This document shows positions 22,543 to 31,659 of a stretch of 64,000 nucleotides of DNA, piece after piece. The stretch is from NCBI GenBank assembly GCA_963712855.1, contig CAVQJN010000002.1, positions 804,405-868,404 on the forward strand, read 5' to 3'. The position numbers and the translations under genes are program-made. The DNA comes from Thermoanaerobaculia bacterium. GTDB taxonomy: Bacteria; Acidobacteriota; Thermoanaerobaculia; Multivoradales; JAGPDF01. Within the stretch, counting starts at the first letter, position 1. The number at the start of each line of letters is the position of its first letter. A model generated the notes under the pieces. The model ran no database searches. It worked only from the letters and a program-made list of their open reading frames with translations, and was not told where the DNA came from.

Positions 22543-23881
22543 CTATCCGTCCCGTTTTGGACCGGCAAGCTCGCCGCGGCGCGCGGTGGCATCCGGTTCC
22601 CGGTCTTTCACGGGCACCGCCACAGTCGCGTCGCCGAATGGCTCGGGGTCGATCGGCAAGGTGTCCTCGGGCGTTTCGCCGAGCAGCTCGGCGACGGTCA
22701 TCGTCGCCAGCTCGGACTCGATGGCGCGGCGCAGACGGAGACGCAGCTCGGCCGTGCGGCCGGGCAGGGTATGCGTGCCCGGGATTTCTTCCTCGCGCCG
22801 GCGGAACGCGGCGAGCGCCGCCGCGAGACGGGTCTGACGGGTCGGGAGCGCCAGTCGAAAGCCGGGCGAGAGTCCGCCCAGCTTCTCGAGGAGCCCGTTC
22901 TCGACCAGGGGGCCGAGGTGGGCTTCGAGCTCGTCGGGGTCGATGTCCAACTGGTTTGCGAGCTCGTTCGTCGCCAGGGTCGGCCGGCCCGGACGGCCGA
23001 GCGCCTCGAGCGCCGCGAGACCGATCCAGGGATCCGGCTCGCGAATTGGCGGCTCCTCGGGTTCCGGCTCCGCGGAAACCGGGAGACAGGAGGAGATCTC
23101 CGCTCCGAGCAACAGCATCCACCAGGCGAGCTGCACCGACAGCACGAAGAAGAGAGCGATCGCGAAGGTGCCGTAAACGGCACGTTGGACGCGCGTGAAC
23201 TCTTCGACGTAGATCGAGAAGGCGAGCTTCAGGCCTCCCAGCGCGATCGTCGCGACGAGCGCGCCGACCGAGGCATGGCGCAACGAGATGCGGCGGTAGG
23301 CGGCGCGCCAGTAGAGCATCGTGAGGCCAACGAACGTGACTATGCCCGGCAGAGAGCGGAGGACGAACGACTGGCGCAGCAGGTCTGCCGCCGCGGAGCT
23401 CGATTGACTGATGACCAGGAGGCCGGCTTGCGCGGTGCCGACCAGAAGGGGGCCCCAGAAGAAGAGCATCGAGAAAGTCACGATGCGGCGCACGTAGGAG
23501 GGTGGGCGCTCCACCCGGAAGATGCGGAAGAGAGTGTCCTGAACGCCGAGGAAGGTGAGCAGAGAGGTGACGACGAAGCCGAGCAACGGCGATGCCGCTG
23601 ACCGAGTTCGGTCTGGGCGAGGAAGCTCTGCAGCGCCGTCACGACCGACCCTCGGCGCGGTAGGGGAGGAGCTGGGTGACCAGATCGATGATGCGCTGTT
23701 CGTCCTCCCGCAGGGCGCGGGCGACGAAGAGCGAGATGATCGCGAGCAGCGGCACCATCGAGAGCAGGGTCGAGAACGAGAGCGCCGAGGCGCGCAGGCG
23801 AAAGCTCGTCCGGCGAGGCTCTTCTGGAAGACGCGGCCGAGGAAACGGCCGCTGGCCAGCGAGCCGGGAGCGGGGCTTCAC
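22543..23881 (-). pseudogene. YihY/BrkB (ribonuclease BN-like) family membrane protein with a C-terminal wHTH-like extension; one apparent frameshift
   Basis: The N-terminus (RASALSFSTLLSMVPLLAIISLF...LLPYRAEG) is in the frame of ORF 23639..24118, starting from a GTG at 23881 that overlaps the upstream stop. The rest (LLGFVVTSLLTFLGVQDTLFRIFRVERP...) is in ORF 22543..23586. The frames switch near 23590-23640. Confidence 0.65.
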
Positions 23882-25333
23882 CAGTCGACGGCGGTTCCCG
23901 ACAGGGGTAGGACGGGCCGGGGAGCCCCTTTTCGGCGAGCGCGCCGCCAGCGCCTTGCGCGCCGGATCCTCGCCGTGGTTGAGGAAGATGCGCTTCGGCG
24001 GCGACCGGGCAGGGCCGTGCACCAGCGCACGAGCTCGTCGCGGTCGGCGTGCGCCGACAGACCGTGCGAGCTGCGCGATCTCCGCGCGCACCTGGATCCG
24101 CCGGCCGTGGATCGACACCGTCTGGCGCCGTCGAGCGACGCCCGGCCGCGCGTGCCGGAAGCTTGATAGCCGACGAAGAGGACGGTGGATTGCGCGGTCC
24201 GACAGGCGGCTGCGCCAGGTGGTGGACGATGCGCCCGCCGGTCGCCATGCCGCTCGCGGCGACGATCACCGACGGGCTCCCGCAGGCCGTTCAGCGCCTT
24301 GGACTCCTCGACCGTGCGGCAGCGCGAGAAGTGGTTGCCGTCGAGCGGGTCCTTGCCGCGGTTGACGAGCTCGCGCAGCTCCTCGTCGAATTCGGCGGTC
24401 GCCCGGCTGATAGATCTCGGTGGCGCGGATCGCCATCGGGCTGTCGAGAAAGATCCGCTCGGCGGCGAGCAGCCGCGGTCGACGAGCTGCGAGAGGTGGT
24501 AGAGGACGTCCTGGGTGCGGCCGAGCGCGAAGGCGGGAATCAGCAACATGCCGCCGCGCGTCGAAGGTGCGGCGGACGATCTGGCCGAGCCGTCGGCGCG
24601 GGTCTCCCGGCTCGTGGCGGCGGTCGCCGTAGGTCGACTCGAGCAGCAGCGCGTCGGCGGGCTCGCGACGGCGGCTCGGGTCGACGAGGATCGGCACCTC
24701 GTAGCGGCCGACGTCGCCCGAGAAGCACCAGTTGCGCCGCTCGCCGTCGCGCCCTTGGCCGAGATCTCGACGGTCGGGCGCCCAGCAGGTGACCCGGCGC
24801 GGCGGTAGCGGACGCGGATGTCCGGGGAAGAGCTCCTGCTCCTCGTGGAAGGGGATGCGGCTCGAAGCAGTCGCAGCGCCTCGTCGCGCGTCGCGGGTGT
24901 TCGAAGAGCGGCGTGGGCTCGGCGTGACGGCTGTAGCCCTTGCGCTTCGCGTAGCGCGCCTCCTCTTCCTGGAGCTCGGCGGCGTCCTCGAGCACCAGCC
25001 TCGCGAGCGGCCGGGTCGGCCGCGTGCACCAGATGGGTTTCCGTGAAGCCGGCCTTCACGAGCTTGGGCAGCAGGCCGACATGGTCGAGATGCGCGTGCG
25101 TGACCACGACGCCGTCGAGCGCCGATCGGATCGAACGGGAAAGGGTTGCCAGTTACGCGGCCTCGAGCTCTTCGCCACCCTGGTACATGGCCGCAATCGA
25201 CGAGGATGCGCCGGTCGCCGAATTGGAGCAGCGTGCAGCTTCCGGTCACGGTGCCGCAGGCCCCCACGAAAGTCGCTGTCGCCACTCGGAGAGTCTCCTG
25301 CGATGAGTTTAGCATTGGCCTCGAACGGGCCAA
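23878..25333 (-). pseudogene. Beta-CASP/MBL-fold RNA-metabolising hydrolase gene, conserved motifs scattered over all three frames
   Basis: GTVTGSCTLL..ILVDCG, FSGDVGRYEVPILVDP..LLLESTYGDRRH and IFLDSPMAIRATEIY are in ORF 24266..25333. VTHAHLDHVGLLPKL, LLIPAFALGRTQDVLYHL and HGLSAHADRDELVRW are in ORF 23878..25107. LEDAAELQEEEARYAKRKGYS is in ORF 24540..24995. VAASGMATGGRIVHHL is in ORF 23478..24269. IHGRRIQVRAEI and RIFLNHGED are in ORF 23639..24118. Confidence 0.8.
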
Positions 25334-25396
25334 TCGGCCGCGATCGTTCGGTTATGATCACTGCCTGAGGCCCCGTTGCGGGGCCGGGAGGTGCAG

Positions 25397-25795
25397 ATGG
25401 GCGACGACAAGGCAGACAATGCAGTCGATCGGGCGCGCGAAGCGGTGAAGAACGCGGCTTCGGGCGTGCGCGAAGCGGTCAGCGACGGCCTCGACGACGC
25501 GCGGGAGCGCTTCGAGGACGCCGCCGAGGATCTGGAGCGCAAGGCCCGCCGCACCCGGCGCGAGCTGCGCCGGCGGGCGCAGAAGGTGGGCGACGCGACG
25601 CGGGAGCGCTACGACTCCGCGGTCGAGGGCGTGCAACGGGGTTACGAGCGGGTACGCAAGGACGCCGGCGACCTGGTGGACGACGTGAATGTCTACGTGC
25701 GCGAGAACCCAGGCAAGTCGGTGATGGTCGCCGCCGGGGTCGGTTTCCTCATCGGCATGCTGATGCGTGGCGGTCGCCGCCGCGACGAGATCTGA
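25397..25795 (+). CDS. DUF883 (ElaB/YqjD-like) membrane-anchored protein
   Basis: The ATG at 25397 follows GGGAGG. A charged helical body is followed by a C-terminal anchor, NPGKSVMVAAGVGFLIGMLM, typical of ElaB/YqjD-type proteins. Confidence 0.7.
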   Translation: MGDDKADNAVDRAREAVKNAASGVREAVSDGLDDARERFEDAAEDLERKARRTRRELRRRAQKVGDATRERYDSAVEGVQRGYERVRKDAGDLVDDVNVYVRENPGKSVMVAAGVGFLIGMLMRGGRRRDEI

Positions 25796-25803
25796 GGAAC
25801 TCC

Positions 25804-26241
25804 ATGAGCGTGTCGTCCGCGCCTCCCGAGGTGGAGCGCGACGAGCTCCTCGAGGCGGAGGGAGGCCCTTCTCCGGCTGACGAGTTCCTCGACGAGTTGA
25901 TGCCGCCCGAGTTCGACTGGCGCGGCGTGGTGCGACGCCATCCGCTGCCGGCCGTGGCGGTGGCCGGTGCGCTGGGCTACTGGCTGGGGCGCAGCCGGCG
26001 TGGCGCGGCTCTGGCCGAGGCCGCGCTCGGCGCGGTCGCGGTCGGCGTGGCGAGCCGCATCGGCGTGATCGAGGCGGAGCTGGAGCCTCGACGACATCGA
26101 GGACTAGAGGCGACTTGCCGACCCTCCTCCACGTCTCCGACGTCCACTTCGGTTCCAAGCATCTCCCGCAGCTCTCCCAGGCAGTGCTCGAGCTCGCGCG
26201 GCGCGAGCTCCCCGACGTGGTCGTCGTCTCCGGCGACCTGA
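25804..26241 (+). CDS. Hypothetical small membrane protein (3' end doubtful)
   Basis: The protein is acidic at the N-terminus and has one or two TM segments (PLPAVAVAGALGYWLG, AALGAVAVGVASRIG). As drawn it overlaps the next gene by 127 nt with a low-complexity tail. An alternative frame gives ...LDDIED with a stop at 26105-26107, 7 nt before the TTG of the next gene, so another indel is possible. Confidence 0.4.
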   Translation: MSVSSAPPEVERDELLEAEGGPSPADEFLDELMPPEFDWRGVVRRHPLPAVAVAGALGYWLGRSRRGAALAEAALGAVAVGVASRIGVIEAELEPRRHRGLEATCRPSSTSPTSTSVPSISRSSPRQCSSSRGASSPTWSSSPAT

Positions 26242-26939
26242 CCCAGCGCGCCAAACCCCATGAGTTCCGGCAGGCCCGTGCCTGGCTCGAAGCCTTTCCG
26301 GTTCCGACGGTGTTCGTGCCTGGCAACCATGACGTGCCGATGTACCGGTTCTGGGAACGGCTCCTGGTGCCTTTCGGCGCCTGGCGCCGTCACTTCGACC
26401 GCGCGTTGGTCCGCGATCATCTCGATGCCCGGGTGGCGGTGGTCGGAGTCAACACGGCGTTCAACTGGACGATCAAGCACGGCCGCTTGAGGCGTCGCGA
26501 TCTGCGTCGCCTCGAACGCCGGCTGGACGAGCTCCCGGCCGGCCCGTTGCGCGTCCTGGTGGCGCACCATCCGATTCTCGCCGCACCGGAGCTCGGCCGC
26601 GAACCGGTGGCCCGGCGGGGCGCCGAGGCGCTGGAGCTCGCCGCCCGCCAGGGCGTCGAGCTCGTCCTCTCCGGCCATCTCCACCAAGGCTTCTGGCGGC
26701 GCGCCGACGGAGCGTCAGGCGGCCCGATCGTGACGCACGCGGGAACCTCGACCTCCTCGCGTGGACGCGGCCGTGAGCGGGGCCGCAACTCCCTCAACTG
26801 GATTCACTTCGACGGCGAGGAGATCGTCGTCGAAAGGCGCTTCTGGGAGGATTCCGGGCGCGAGTTCGTGGCGACCGAGCAAGAGCGGTTCGCGCGTCGT
26901 CCGCGGTGGCAGGAAAGGTCCGCCGCGGGGGCCCGGTAG
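26115..26939 (+). CDS. Metallophosphoesterase (calcineurin-like)
   Basis: LLHVSDVHFG, VVVSGDLT, VPGNHD, VLVAHHP and LSGHLH are the canonical motif series. The start is a TTG at 26115. Confidence 0.85.
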   Translation: MPTLLHVSDVHFGSKHLPQLSQAVLELARRELPDVVVVSGDLTQRAKPHEFRQARAWLEAFPVPTVFVPGNHDVPMYRFWERLLVPFGAWRRHFDRALVRDHLDARVAVVGVNTAFNWTIKHGRLRRRDLRRLERRLDELPAGPLRVLVAHHPILAAPELGREPVARRGAEALELAARQGVELVLSGHLHQGFWRRADGASGGPIVTHAGTSTSSRGRGRERGRNSLNWIHFDGEEIVVERRFWEDSGREFVATEQERFARRPRWQERSAAGAR

Positions 26940-26971
26940 CCCGGCATGGCGAGCGGATATCATCCAGGGTC

Positions 26972-27238
26972 ATGGCGGACTGGGTGGTCGTGAGCACGGC
27001 GGGCACGGAGGAAGAGGCGAGTCTCATGGCCGGTTTTCTCGAGGCCGCGGGCATCGTGGCGCAGATCGAGTCCCTCCGTTTTCATCAGGAACCGGTGAAC
27101 TTCGGGCCGCTCGGTGAGGTCCGGGTCCTGGTGCGGGCCGGCGACCTGGAGGCGGCACGGGCCGCGCTCGAGGGGGCCTCGCCGAGCTCGTCGGAAGACG
27201 AAGACGCAGGCCCGGAGAGCGACGAGGGCGAGGCTTGA
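26972..27238 (+). CDS. DUF2007-like small protein (putative signal-transduction domain)
   Basis: MADWVVVSTAGTEEEASLMAGFLEAAGIVAQIE...VRVLVRAGDLEAARAAL is followed by an acidic tail. Its stop overlaps the TTG start of the kinase (TTGA at 27235-27238). Confidence 0.55.
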   Translation: MADWVVVSTAGTEEEASLMAGFLEAAGIVAQIESLRFHQEPVNFGPLGEVRVLVRAGDLEAARAALEGASPSSSEDEDAGPESDEGEA

Positions 27239-29115
27239 TCCAGCTCGAAGCGGGGAGCCTGCTCGGTCGCTACAAGATCCTGCGCCGGCTCGGCGCCGGG
27301 GCGATGGGAGAGGTCTTCCTGGCGGAGGATCCGCAGATCGGAAGGCAGCTGGCCCTCAAGACGGTCCGGGTCGAGGAGGGCAAGCCGCAGGAGGTCGAAG
27401 AGCGCAAGCGGCGTCTTCTGCGCGAGGCGCGTGCCGCCGGCAAGTTGCTCCATCCCAACATCGTGACCCTGTTCGACGCCGGCGAGGACCAGGGGATGCT
27501 CTACCTGGCCTTCGAGTACGTCGAGGGCAAGGACTTGGCCGACCGCATTTCCGAGGGGCCGGCGCTCTCGATCGCCGAGGCGTTGGCCATCGTGCGGCAG
27601 GCGGCCGAGGCGCTCGACTACGCGCACCGGCAGGGCGTCGTACACCGCGACATCAAGCCGAGCAACCTGATGATCACCGCGGACGGACGGGTCAAAGTGG
27701 CCGACTTCGGGATCGCCAAGCTGCTCGACCAGACCTCCGATCTGACGATGACCGGTTCGGTGGTGGGCAGCCCCCACTACCTCTCTCCGGAGCAGATCCG
27801 CGGCGAGGAGCTCGACGGTCGCACCGACATCTTCTCGCTCGGCGTGCTGCTCTACGAGGTGCTCTGTCAGAAGCGTCCGTTCGAAGCCGACACGCTGACC
27901 ACGCTCGTCTACCAGATCCTCAACCAGGAACCGACTCCGATCGTGGTGCGGCGGCCCGAGCTCGGGCCGCGCCTCGAACGGTTGGTGCGACGCATGTTGC
28001 ACAAGGATCGCGACCAGCGTTTCGCCACGGCGGCCGAGCTGGCGGCGGAGGTCGCGGCCTGCGAGCGTGAGCTGGCGCCGAGCCTGCTCGCGACCCGCGC
28101 GCGTCCCGACGAACCGACCGACGCGACCGTCCGCTTGCCGGAGGAGGTTGCCACTGCCGTTCAGGGAGGGCGGGTTCCACCCCTGCCGCAATCCGGCACC
28201 GCCGCTGCGCCGCCGACGAGCGTGCCCGGGGTGGCGCCGCCGGCGGCTCCTGGCAAGGGAAAGCTCGGGATCGTTCTCGCGGCGATCGCGGTCGTGGTGC
28301 TGGGGCTCGTGGCCGTGGGGATCGGCGCCCGTCGTTTCGTGGCCCGCCACGCACGAACCGCGGTCGCGCAGCTCGAACGGCAGAACGAACGGGCGGCCGG
28401 GTCGACGCCGGCGGCTCCCGTGGCCGAGTCGTCCAGCGCCGACGACCAAGGCGGCCCGAAGGTCGAGCCGTCCTCCACGGGCGCCTCCGCGGTCGCCGAG
28501 GATCGGACCTCGACGGACGCCGCGGCGCAGGAGTTGCCTTTCCAGCCCGGTGAGCACCCCGTCCTGAAACGCTCGCCGGCGGCGAGCTCGCAGCCCGCGG
28601 CCACGGAGCGCACCCTCCCCACGTCGTCGCCAAGCGAGCGAGCGGCGCCCGAAGTGACGCCTGGCGCGGCCGAGCAGCCCGCTCCGTCGTCCGCTCCGGA
28701 GAGTGGTGCCGTGGCCGCGCCGCCGACCGTCCCGAACCCTGCTCCCGCGGCGGAGGCTCCAGCCGCCTCCCGTCCGGTTCGCGACGCGATCGTGGAGCAC
28801 ATCTCGGTCAACCGCGAGATGTCGACCGGCATGAACCTGTCGTTCGACGTCAAGCCGAAGAAGGCGGCCGAGCGGGTGGTGGTGCGCTTCGACCGGATCG
28901 TGATCGGGCGGGCCTACGATTGGGACGCCTCCCGGCGCGGTGGCCGCTCCTACAGCGTGCCCGAGCCGGGGTTGCACATCCTCACCTTTCTGGTCGACGG
29001 GGTGGAGGTCTACCGGATCCGGATCGACGCGCAGCCGGGCAACGTGGGACCGACCCCGGTCCACCTCGCGCTGCCGCAGTTCGGCCGGCGGCCGCACCGC
29101 TTCGGTCGTTTCTAG
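27235..29115 (+). CDS. Ser/Thr protein kinase (canonical RD kinase) with TM segment and C-terminal extracytoplasmic domain
   Basis: LGAGAMGEVFLA, LALK, HRDIKPSNLMI, VADFGIAK and SPEQ are present. The TM segment is IVLAAIAVVVLGLVAVGI. A Pro/Ala-rich linker and a C-terminal beta-rich domain follow. Confidence 0.9.
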   Translation: MIQLEAGSLLGRYKILRRLGAGAMGEVFLAEDPQIGRQLALKTVRVEEGKPQEVEERKRRLLREARAAGKLLHPNIVTLFDAGEDQGMLYLAFEYVEGKDLADRISEGPALSIAEALAIVRQAAEALDYAHRQGVVHRDIKPSNLMITADGRVKVADFGIAKLLDQTSDLTMTGSVVGSPHYLSPEQIRGEELDGRTDIFSLGVLLYEVLCQKRPFEADTLTTLVYQILNQEPTPIVVRRPELGPRLERLVRRMLHKDRDQRFATAAELAAEVAACERELAPSLLATRARPDEPTDATVRLPEEVATAVQGGRVPPLPQSGTAAAPPTSVPGVAPPAAPGKGKLGIVLAAIAVVVLGLVAVGIGARRFVARHARTAVAQLERQNERAAGSTPAAPVAESSSADDQGGPKVEPSSTGASAVAEDRTSTDAAAQELPFQPGEHPVLKRSPAASSQPAATERTLPTSSPSERAAPEVTPGAAEQPAPSSAPESGAVAAPPTVPNPAPAAEAPAASRPVRDAIVEHISVNREMSTGMNLSFDVKPKKAAERVVVRFDRIVIGRAYDWDASRRGGRSYSVPEPGLHILTFLVDGVEVYRIRIDAQPGNVGPTPVHLALPQFGRRPHRFGRF

Positions 29116-29119
29116 CTTC

Positions 29120-30409
29120 GTGACTCCCGGGACACTCCGCCCTCTCCCGCCGGCCATTCCCGGCGAGATCGAATGCCGCCGTCTCGACAACGGGCTCGAG
29201 CTCTGCCTGTTGCGCAACCGTCAAGCGCCGATCGTCTCCTGCGCTCTCTTCTATCGGGTCGGGTGTCGCGACGAGGAACCTGGCCGCGGCGGACTGGCGC
29301 ACTTTCTCGAGCACATGATGTTCAAGGGGTCCGAGCACTACGGGCCGGGAGACGTGGATCGCCGGACCCAGGCACTCGGCGGCACGAACAACGCATTCAC
29401 GAGTCATGACCTGACGGCATACTGGTTCTCGTTCGCGTCGGATCGCTGGCCGGAAGCACTGGCGATCGAAGCTGATCGCATGCGTGGCCTGCGCCTCGAC
29501 CGGGAGCAGGTGGAGGCTGAGCGCCGGGTGATCGAGGAAGAGATCGCGATGTACGAGGACGAGCCGTGGGACGCGCTCGAGCTGGCGGCCATGCGGGCGC
29601 TCCATCCCGAGCACCCCTACGGGCGCCCGATTCTCGGCACGGCGGCGGAGCTCACCGGCGAGGATGCCGCCGCCCTGGCCGATTTTCATCGCGATTTCTA
29701 CCGTCCCGACAACGCCATCCTGGTCGTGGCGGGCGATCTCGACGCCGCCGCCGCAGGTCGGGTCGAGGAGGCTTTCGGCGGGATCTCGCGTCCGGGCCCG
29801 GCCCGCCGCGCGGTCGCGCCGCCGCGCTATCCGCATGGACTCGGCCGGCTGGAGCGCCGTCAGGGAGAGATGACTCGTCTCCTCCTGCTGCTGCCGGCGC
29901 CGAGCGCCGGCGAGCCGCAACACGCGGAGGTGCGACTGCTGACCTCGGTGCTCGCCGACGGTCGGGCCAGCCGCCTGCAGCGCGCCCTGGTCGAAGAAGG
30001 GCAGCTCTGCGTCGGGGTGACGGCGTCCATCGCGGACAGCCAGCTCACCTCCCACGTCGCGATCGCCGCCGAGCTCATCCCGGGCGTCGACCTGGGCGAG
30101 GTCGAGCGGCGCCTCTTCGCCGAGCTCGCTCGTCTGCGTAGCGAGCCGATCGGCGAGGACGAGCTCACGCGGGCGGGGAACGTCTTTCTCTCCGACTGGG
30201 TCGAAGGTGTCGAGCGGATCCATCAGCAAGCGGTCGCGGCGGGTCTCGCGATCACGCAGTTCGACCTCGGCCAGCCGCAGCGGCTGCTCGAGCGGACGGT
30301 GGCGCTCGACCCGCCGGCGCTGGCGGGCGCGGCCGCGCGTTGGCTGGATCCCGAGGCGAGCGGCATCCTCGCGGTTTGCCTTCCCGAGGGGGCGGACGGG
30401 GCCCGATGA
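29120..30409 (+). CDS. M16 (pitrilysin) family zinc peptidase, active-type subunit
   Basis: The GTG at 29120 lies 4 nt after the kinase stop. The inverted zinc motif is HFLEHMMFKG (HxxEH), with the downstream NAFTSHDLTAYW. Confidence 0.8.
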   Translation: MTPGTLRPLPPAIPGEIECRRLDNGLELCLLRNRQAPIVSCALFYRVGCRDEEPGRGGLAHFLEHMMFKGSEHYGPGDVDRRTQALGGTNNAFTSHDLTAYWFSFASDRWPEALAIEADRMRGLRLDREQVEAERRVIEEEIAMYEDEPWDALELAAMRALHPEHPYGRPILGTAAELTGEDAAALADFHRDFYRPDNAILVVAGDLDAAAAGRVEEAFGGISRPGPARRAVAPPRYPHGLGRLERRQGEMTRLLLLLPAPSAGEPQHAEVRLLTSVLADGRASRLQRALVEEGQLCVGVTASIADSQLTSHVAIAAELIPGVDLGEVERRLFAELARLRSEPIGEDELTRAGNVFLSDWVEGVERIHQQAVAAGLAITQFDLGQPQRLLERTVALDPPALAGAAARWLDPEASGILAVCLPEGADGAR

Positions 30410-31659
30410 GCGCGCCCGGAAGATCAGCGGACGGCTCGCCGGTTCGGGTGCGCCGGATCCCGGGCGCGCCTCGGGTCGCGATCCGGGTCGTGCTTCCCGG
30501 CGGGGCGCGTCGCGAGTCGGTGCCGGGGCAGTCCCTGGTGACCGGCCGGATGCTGGACGAAGGGACGCCGAGCCGGTCCTGGTCGGAGATCGCCGCGGCC
30601 GCCGAAGCGTTGGGCCTGAACGTTTCCGGCTACGGCGGTCTCGAATCGCACGGGCTGATCGTCGACGCGCTGGCCGAGCACTGGCGGGCCGCTCTCGACC
30701 TCGCAGCCGAACTGGTCTTCGAAGCGAGCTTTCCGGCCGACCGGGTGCGCTGGATCGTGCGCCACGCGGCGGCGGAGCTGGACGCCCAGGCCGATCAGGC
30801 CGACGTCCTGACGGCGCGCGGCTTGGTCGATCTCCTCTATTCGCCTCATCCCAAAGGGCGCCCGCTGCAGGGCAGCCGGGCGAGCCTCGAAACGCTGACC
30901 AGCGCGCTCTGCTCCGAGCTCCATGGCGCGGCTCTGGCGCGCGGGGGTTGGGTGGTGGTGGCGGGCGACATCGACGAGCCGGAGGTCGTGGGCCTGGCGG
31001 AGCGACGCTTCGCCGCGCTGCCGGCGCCCGGACCCGGCGAGGCCGGTCCGCCTGCCCCGCCGGGACCGAGCGCCCGTCGCCGGGTGGTCGAGACGCGGGC
31101 CCGGGATCAGGCCCACCTCTTCATCGGGCAGCTCTCGGTGACCCGGGGCGACCCCGATTTCGGCGCCCTCGAGGTCGCGGGGGTCATCCTGGGCGCGGGC
31201 TCGGGTCTCTCGGGACGAATTCCAGCCCGCATCCGCGACCGCGAAGGCCTCGCCTACGCGGCTTCGGCGGACGCCGTGGTCGCCGCGGGGATCGACCCGG
31301 GTCGCCTGGTGGCCTACGTCGGCACGTCGCCCGAAACCGTGGACCGCGCCGAGCGCGGCGTGCGCGAGGAGCTGGCGCGACTGCTCGCCGACGGGGTGAG
31401 CGAGCGCGAGGTCGTCGACGCGCGTTCCTATCTCTTGGGGCGCGAACCTTTTCGTCGGGAGACCGCTCGTCAGTGGGCCGATCTCGCGGCGCAGGGACGA
31501 CTGCTCGGCTTGCCTCTCGAGGATCCGGAGTGGAGCGCCGAGGAGATCCGCGCGGTCGATCGCGCGGCGGTGGAAGCCGCCCTGCGGCGGCATTTCGACG
31601 TCGAGCGGCTCGGGGTCGTGGTGGGGGTACCGGGCGCCGCGGCGCCGCTCAGGCGCTGA
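30406..31659 (+). CDS. M16 family peptidase, non-catalytic-type subunit
   Basis: The ATG at 30406 overlaps the previous stop (ATGA). It has M16-like architecture without HxxEH. It is read from the tail of ORF 30340..31659. Confidence 0.7.
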   Translation: MSAPGRSADGSPVRVRRIPGAPRVAIRVVLPGGARRESVPGQSLVTGRMLDEGTPSRSWSEIAAAAEALGLNVSGYGGLESHGLIVDALAEHWRAALDLAAELVFEASFPADRVRWIVRHAAAELDAQADQADVLTARGLVDLLYSPHPKGRPLQGSRASLETLTSALCSELHGAALARGGWVVVAGDIDEPEVVGLAERRFAALPAPGPGEAGPPAPPGPSARRRVVETRARDQAHLFIGQLSVTRGDPDFGALEVAGVILGAGSGLSGRIPARIRDREGLAYAASADAVVAAGIDPGRLVAYVGTSPETVDRAERGVREELARLLADGVSEREVVDARSYLLGREPFRRETARQWADLAAQGRLLGLPLEDPEWSAEEIRAVDRAAVEAALRRHFDVERLGVVVGVPGAAAPLRR

